Shown here: positions 59,024 to 64,000 of the stretch, piece after piece | Layout of the letters: every line of letters begins with the position of its first letter | Numbering within the stretch: the stretch's first letter is position 1 | Source: Dehalococcoidia bacterium | Lineage (GTDB): Bacteria > Chloroflexota > Dehalococcoidia > Plut-88900 | NCBI GenBank assembly: GCA_965197645.1 | Contig: OZ240219.1 | Span: 1,856,001 to 1,920,000 of the forward strand | Reading direction: 5' to 3' | Length of the DNA stretch: 64,000 nt | Made by a program: the position numbers and the translations under genes | The notes under the pieces: model-generated | Database searches by the model: none | The model's input: only the letters and a program-made list of their open reading frames with translations | Told to the model about the DNA's origin: nothing

Positions 59024-60123
59024 CAGGTTGCGCCGCCACTGGGCGGAGCCGGGGCGGTCGCGCTCCAGCTCAGGAGGACGCCGCCGCCGGGCCCGTCGTC
59101 TCCGGCCAGGTCCGCGGGCGGCGCCAGGGCCGTGACGGTCAGGGTGTCGGAGAGCTCGCTCATCGACCCGGCGGTGCGGGACCGCACGGCATAGACATAG
59201 GTCGCTCCGGCGGAGGCCGTCAGGTCGGTCCAGGACGTGGCCGTGTTTCCGGTGTCGCGCACGAGCGGCGCCAGGGACTCGGCGTCGGGACCCCGCAGGA
59301 TGCGGTACCCCGTGACCTCGCCGGCGGCGGAGCCCTGCGGCTCGTCCCAGCCCAGCGTCACGCGGCCCTCCTCGTCGAAGGAGGAGGCCAGCCCCGGCGG
59401 GGCTGGCAGGTCCGGGTCGACGGCGGGCGCCGCCGTGGTCACGGAGAAGGCGTCCGAATCCGGCCCCGGCCCCAGGTCGTTCAGGGCCGTCACCCTATAG
59501 GCGTAGGTAGTCTCCGGGCTGAGGCCCGCGTCGGCGTACTCGGTGAGGGTGGAGCCGGTGTCGCTCGCTACCGTCTGCTCCGGCCCGTCGCCGGAGGAGC
59601 GCGTGACCCGGTATCCCGTGACCTTCGAGTTCGGGGGGGCCTCCCATCGCAGGGTCGCCCGATCGCCCGTGACCCCGGAGAAGGTCGGGCCGGTGGGCTG
59701 CCCCGGCAGGCCGTACGAGACCCGTCCGGTCACCTCCGCGAAGGGGCCGCTCCACTGCGGTCTGTGCACGGGCCGCAGGTACCGGGCCCGCACCCGCACC
59801 CGGTACTCGGTGTCCTCCTGCAGCCCCCTGATCTTTCTGAACTACAGCGTCGTGTAGTGGTTGAATTCGTCGTCCCGCCACGTGGGGACCGGGTCCCCTA
59901 CCTTGTGCCACACCAGCCTGTAGTCGCTGGGCCGCGGCTCCGTGCCGTCCCACTCGACCAGCAGGATTCCCGGCTCCGGGCTGGACGCCCTGAGCCCGGT
60001 GACCTCTCCCGCGGGCGGGTTCTCGGGCTCCTGGGCCTGCGCCGCCGCGGCGAAGGCCCCGCCGAAGATCGCCACGGCCAGCGCCAGGGCCGCCAGGACG
60101 GCCCACCGCCGGGAGCGCAGCAT
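59023..60123 (-). pseudogene. Secreted fibronectin type III repeat protein, in-frame TAG and truncated
   Basis: Signal peptide AQA; repeats W..P...VTGYR..R, GL.P.T.Y.YRV.A.N..G; TAG 59842-59844 in frame; ends mid-domain. Confidence 0.8.
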
Positions 60124-60200
60124 TCTTAGACCCCCCAAGGGGGGGAGCCTCTGCCGCGGTCTGAGAGCGAGATTATGGTCAAGGTAGGGTTCCTCCAGTT

Positions 60201-60875
60201 ATGGCTTTGCGGAAACAGCGAGCGGGCCGGGGGTTCGGCACGGGTGGCCGCCGGCCCTCTATCTTCAGAAGGCGGTCGAGGCCGGGGGACTCGACGGCGG
60301 ACGGAGGGCAGGCGCGGGACGGCGTCGAGGCGGTGAGGATGGCGCAGCGGGTCGAGCCCGACGTCATCGTCATGGACGTGATGATGCCGGGCAAGGACGG
60401 CGTCGACGCCTGCCGGGAGATCATGGAGGAGCTGCCGAACGTCCAGGTGCTGATGCTCACGGCCTCCACAGCAGAGGATGCCGTGATCGAGGCCGTGGCC
60501 GCGGGCGCGACGGGCTACCTGCAGAAGCACTCGGGGCCGGAGGACCTGGCGGTCGCGATTCGGGACCTGGCCCAGGGGCGCCTGCGCATACCGGACCGGT
60601 ACATACGGCGGGTCTTCGCCATGATCAGGGGCCAGCGCGGTCTCGGCGGCGGGCGGACCCTGGAGTCGATAAAAGACCGGGAGAGGGAGATCCTGAGGCT
60701 GTTCGCCGGCGGCAGGTCATACGCGCAGATCGCCGAGACCAGGGGCACCAAGGCCTCGACCATCAAGAACGCGATCTACCGCATCCAGGAGAAGCTGGGG
60801 GTCGAATCCAAGCAAGAGGTCGTCGTCTGGGCGGTGCGAAACGGCCTGCTGGACGAAGCGGAGCAGGCCGGATGA
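60201..60875 (+). CDS. NarL/LuxR-type response regulator with damaged N-terminus
   Basis: ARDGVEAV, PDVIVMDVMMP..DG, LTAS, GATGYL.K, RE.EIL...GRSY.QIA; first receiver strand (VDDH) not visible. Confidence 0.75.
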   Translation: MALRKQRAGRGFGTGGRRPSIFRRRSRPGDSTADGGQARDGVEAVRMAQRVEPDVIVMDVMMPGKDGVDACREIMEELPNVQVLMLTASTAEDAVIEAVAAGATGYLQKHSGPEDLAVAIRDLAQGRLRIPDRYIRRVFAMIRGQRGLGGGRTLESIKDREREILRLFAGGRSYAQIAETRGTKASTIKNAIYRIQEKLGVESKQEVVVWAVRNGLLDEAEQAG

Positions 60876-60908
60876 GGACGGTGAGGAGCTCGCGGTCCAG
60901 GGAGCGGC

Positions 60909-61754
60909 ATGCCCATCCCTGAGCGGACACGGTCACGGTGGAGCCATCATCGTGCAGCGACGGCCTTCACGCAGGCGCACGTGCCCATCCGGAAGGCGAT
61001 GGATGAGCACAAGGGGCTGTCGCAGTTCAATTTTGAGGTCTTCCTCCAAGGGTCGTACAAGAACGACACCAATCTCGGTGGGGACAGCGATGTCGACGTG
61101 GTCATGCGGTTGGCCTCGAAGCTCAAACCCCGCATGGCCGTCCCAACAGGGAAGCAGTTAAAGAAAGACGTTTCCCACAAGGTGGCACACCAAAGATGGA
61201 AGTCATTCCATGACGAAGCGTTGAAGGCGATGAGGGCCGCGTATGGTAAGGATGCGAGCAGCGGCCGCAAGACCATCAAGGTCGCGAAGGGCAAGATACA
61301 GGCCGACGCCGACCTCGTGGTGACGCTGAGCTACAGGGAGGGCATAGCATTCTACCTCTCAGACGAGGGACGCTGGGTGGTGAGCTATCCGCAGCAGCAC
61401 CATCAGCGAGGGTCGAAGAAGGAGAAGACCACCGGCGGGCGGTTCAAGAGGGCGGTCCGGATGTTTAAGGCGGCCCGCAACAGGCTGATCGAGAAGAAGG
61501 TTCTCACCAAGGACGACGCGCCCTCCTATTTCATCGAGTGCCTGTTGTATAACGTTCCCGACAGGCTGTTCAAACCGAAGCTGGCGCCGACCTTTACGGG
61601 CATCATCGGCTGGCTGAAGACAGCTGAGCTCGATGGTTTCCAGTGCCAGAACAGGAAGGTGGCGTTGTGCGGGCCTGGAAAGGAGCAGTGGTCGGTGAAG
61701 AAGACGCGGGCGTTCGTCAGGGCGCTGCAGGGTCTGTGGGAGGCGGGGGGGTGA
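60909..61754 (+). CDS. cdnE: cGAS/DncV-like nucleotidyltransferase, clade E (CdnE-like)
   Basis: MPIPE....WSH, FLQGSYKNDTN..GDSDVDVV, GRKTIKV, ADLVV, RWVVSYP..H...G..K, RMFK.AR, PSYFIECLLYNVPD, F.CQN, EQWS; collinear with CdnE enzymes as recalled. Confidence 0.88.
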   Translation: MPIPERTRSRWSHHRAATAFTQAHVPIRKAMDEHKGLSQFNFEVFLQGSYKNDTNLGGDSDVDVVMRLASKLKPRMAVPTGKQLKKDVSHKVAHQRWKSFHDEALKAMRAAYGKDASSGRKTIKVAKGKIQADADLVVTLSYREGIAFYLSDEGRWVVSYPQQHHQRGSKKEKTTGGRFKRAVRMFKAARNRLIEKKVLTKDDAPSYFIECLLYNVPDRLFKPKLAPTFTGIIGWLKTAELDGFQCQNRKVALCGPGKEQWSVKKTRAFVRALQGLWEAGG

Positions 61755-61840
61755 GAATGGAAGTCTCCTACGGGCGACCATGGCGTGATAGCGGTTGGGC
61801 TGCTTATCCCAACTGAAGACACCCTTAGGAACGAGAATCC

Positions 61841-62842
61841 ATGAGCAATATAGGTCGAGAACACATCATCGAGGTTCCGGGACTACCGGCTGAATTGCAG
61901 GCCACCGCTAAGGAGGACATCGGCAGGTTACTGGGCGCAATCGCGGGAGTGGCCGACAGACAGGGGAAGCAATTCCTGTTGGACAGGGTCCGTCTCTCCG
62001 ACCGCTTTGAAGATGACGTGAACCGGTTCCTCGATGACCGTTCAGGTCTTAAGGGGTATGTCGCTGCCCGGCGCAATGCCCACGCGATTGGCAAGACCAT
62101 TTGGACTCGCTCCCAGCAAGGGAACAACCGTTTTGTGGTGATTATCGATGCGAGTCAGATCGGCCCGTGGGCGATCACCAATGCTCGGTGCCTGACTACC
62201 GTCCTGCACGAGCTCGTCCATGTGCTCCGAGAAGAGCGTCATCTGGAGCGGCTGGGGGAACAAGAGTACACCGCGGACAGAGACACTAGGGAGCGGTGGC
62301 TGGACGGTTGGGCCAGCTTGCTTCTCGATGAATTCGATGTGGACCGACTGGTGGACGTCATAGTTAACGGGCTAGCTACGAAGGATGACGGACAACCCTG
62401 GTCCTTGCGAGAGCTCGATGAGGCTCAGGGACTGGATTGGGTTCACGGGTTGCTGAATACTCTCGATCGCTTGCCACAGTTCGTAGACGAAGAGGTCTGG
62501 AAGTTTCGGACTTGGGAAATGGGGATCGACGACCTTGCCCTGTCGGTGATTCCTTATATCAAGGACGTACTTAGGTTGCTGAGCCACACCGCTGCGAGGT
62601 ACATGGGAACTGATCGTTGGCCAGACATCGTTGAGCGAATCAAGGAGACGGACGCCTCTCAGCGGTTCCTGAGGGAACACCTTGATACCGTCCTTGCCCA
62701 TCTCGATGATGCGCAGTTGCCCCTGGAGGAGTCCATTCGAATCGTTGGTCAAGCAGTGGAGGGGATGTTCCAGAACTGCGGATTTGGGTTTCGGACAATC
62801 CCCCGGGGTGTGTACATCTCAGTCGGGGAGCCGTCGGGTTAG
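61841..62842 (+). CDS. Uncharacterised zincin-like (HEXXH) protein
   Basis: TTVLHELVHV with downstream DEFDVDR (candidate third ligand); no TM segment or signal peptide. Confidence 0.65.
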   Translation: MSNIGREHIIEVPGLPAELQATAKEDIGRLLGAIAGVADRQGKQFLLDRVRLSDRFEDDVNRFLDDRSGLKGYVAARRNAHAIGKTIWTRSQQGNNRFVVIIDASQIGPWAITNARCLTTVLHELVHVLREERHLERLGEQEYTADRDTRERWLDGWASLLLDEFDVDRLVDVIVNGLATKDDGQPWSLRELDEAQGLDWVHGLLNTLDRLPQFVDEEVWKFRTWEMGIDDLALSVIPYIKDVLRLLSHTAARYMGTDRWPDIVERIKETDASQRFLREHLDTVLAHLDDAQLPLEESIRIVGQAVEGMFQNCGFGFRTIPRGVYISVGEPSG

Positions 62843-63153
62843 TTGGCAGGCGCGAGGATTGAATCACGTCATAATAACTTGGTTTCCGCGGCAAGCTGGT
62901 AGAGGACGGGAGCAGCCCGAGGCTCATATTCGTCGAGCCCCGCATGAGCTACAGGATACCGAGGGCCGAGGGGGATGAAGAGTCAAAGGAATCGTAGCTC
63001 GATGTGCTTCGTGGCGCCGCGTACCCTCCGCTGTTATGGGCCACGAGGGTCGGGGCGAAGGTTCGATGGACTTTCAGACCTCCAGCCTCTCTCTAGGGCC
63101 GTTGAACGGTGGGCGCCTCTACGCATTCTTGGGGCGACGACTCGCAGCGGCCT

Positions 63154-63732
63154 CTAACGTCGGGAGCGTCTATTATTCAACAGGGCTTGGTGCTGTTTCG
63201 CCACACCGGTAACTTCCAATCTGTACTTGGCCATTCTCTCGCTAACTCCGCACTTACTGGCGATGTCGTTCGCGCTCGATCCCCGGCGGACTTCTGCCAC
63301 TAGTAGTGCGCGGGGTAGGAGGAGGCAACCGGAGAGCCACGCCGCCTCGTCTTCCTGGGTCGCGTCACCCGACAGGAAGGTGACATCGCCAATTCGCTCT
63401 ACTCGGCTCAACTCGTGATCGAGGAGAGCGTGCGCGAGTTCGTGCGCAATATCACTCCTCCGGCGTGTCGCTCCCGAGCGGGGATTGTAGACTACGACCG
63501 TGCGATCGGGCGAAGGTCGGAGAGTGCATGCCGAGAAGGAATCGGGCTGAATGTCGTCGAGATAGTTGAACCGCTCTCGCGGGATCAGCTCGTCGCCTGC
63601 CCGGACCTCTATACCCAACAATTCCGCGAGAACTTCGGGCGCAACGGATTGGGTGGCGCCCATTCCTAACTCCGTTCGCACATCCCTCGCGATTCTCTCA
63701 GCCTCGGACTTAAACCCTCTCCGCAGAGCCAT
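63154..63732 (-). CDS. ImmA/IrrE (CapP-like) metallopeptidase
   Basis: RRGFKSEAERIA, FSA, R.RSDIAHELAH, QEDEAAWL.G.LLLPR, GVS..MA.YR. Confidence 0.88.
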   Translation of the reverse strand: MALRRGFKSEAERIARDVRTELGMGATQSVAPEVLAELLGIEVRAGDELIPRERFNYLDDIQPDSFSACTLRPSPDRTVVVYNPRSGATRRRSDIAHELAHALLDHELSRVERIGDVTFLSGDATQEDEAAWLSGCLLLPRALLVAEVRRGSSANDIASKCGVSERMAKYRLEVTGVAKQHQALLNNRRSRR

Positions 63733-64000
63733 CGGCGGATTCCTCCAGGAGCGCTTGATTCAGGTCGTTCAGCAACGCGCTCAGCGCACGAGCGGCTTCA
63801 GGGCGAAAGGTCTTCGCAGCCCGCAGATGCACGGCGGCAACATCCCCAGGCCGAACCAGGGCTTGATAGAGGTCGCCGACAATGTCTGCGATTCGTTCTG
63901 CGGCTTCCGGAGGGAGGTTTCGGTCTGCACGAAGGTGCTCAGCGATCACGTCGGTCGTAGCGGTCGCCCTCTCTTGGTTCTCGAAGAACTGCTTGATATC
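63710..64000 (-). CDS. Probable HTH regulator partner (3' part only)
   Basis: VIAEHLRADRNL..EAAE.IA.IV..LY; overlaps the peptidase start; N-terminus outside window. Confidence 0.65.
   Translation of the reverse strand, partial: DIKQFFENQERATATTDVIAEHLRADRNLPPEAAERIADIVGDLYQALVRPGDVAAVHLRAAKTFRPEAARALSALLNDLNQALLEESADGSAERV

Noticed and set aside
57660-60129. Long alternative-frame ORFs (57660-59039, 58055-59194, 58930-60129; likewise 48645-49637, 40691-41530, 31974-32843)
   Set aside because: Shadow ORFs of high-GC genes with no motifs; recognisable proteins occupy other frames.

Overview
High-GC bacterial window; the enzyme repertoire (LLM flavin oxidoreductase, four Amidohydro_2 paralogues, hydantoinase A/B, acyl-CoA dehydrogenase, MOSC, GMC) suggests Chloroflexota of the SAR202/Dehalococcoidia type (inference). 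A ~13.7 kb mostly core block (CBS/CorC, glmU, CPA2 antiporter, tRNA-Arg, amidohydrolases, MFS) is bracketed by two outward-facing tRNA-Ser genes that share an identical 48-bp 3' end plus att arm, and each anchors an integrative island. The left island (~7.65-30.7 kb) is delimited by a 21-bp tRNA-Ser direct repeat, with an older degenerate copy at 6.14 kb. It carries a betaine-type ABC transporter with a catabolic cluster, a DEAD-box helicase, a type IIG R-M enzyme, mazEF and two integrase relics. The right island (44.4 kb to beyond the window) has a P4-like integrase, AlpA, a CI/ImmA switch and many decayed element genes. Its candidate defence loci are a DUF3696 ATPase pair and a CdnE-type CD-NTase followed by an uncharacterised HEXXH protein instead of a known CBASS effector. 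A GmrSD-like/Schlafen (AlbA_2) fusion sits next to tRNA-Arg. All family assignments come from motif recognition by eye; no searches were run.
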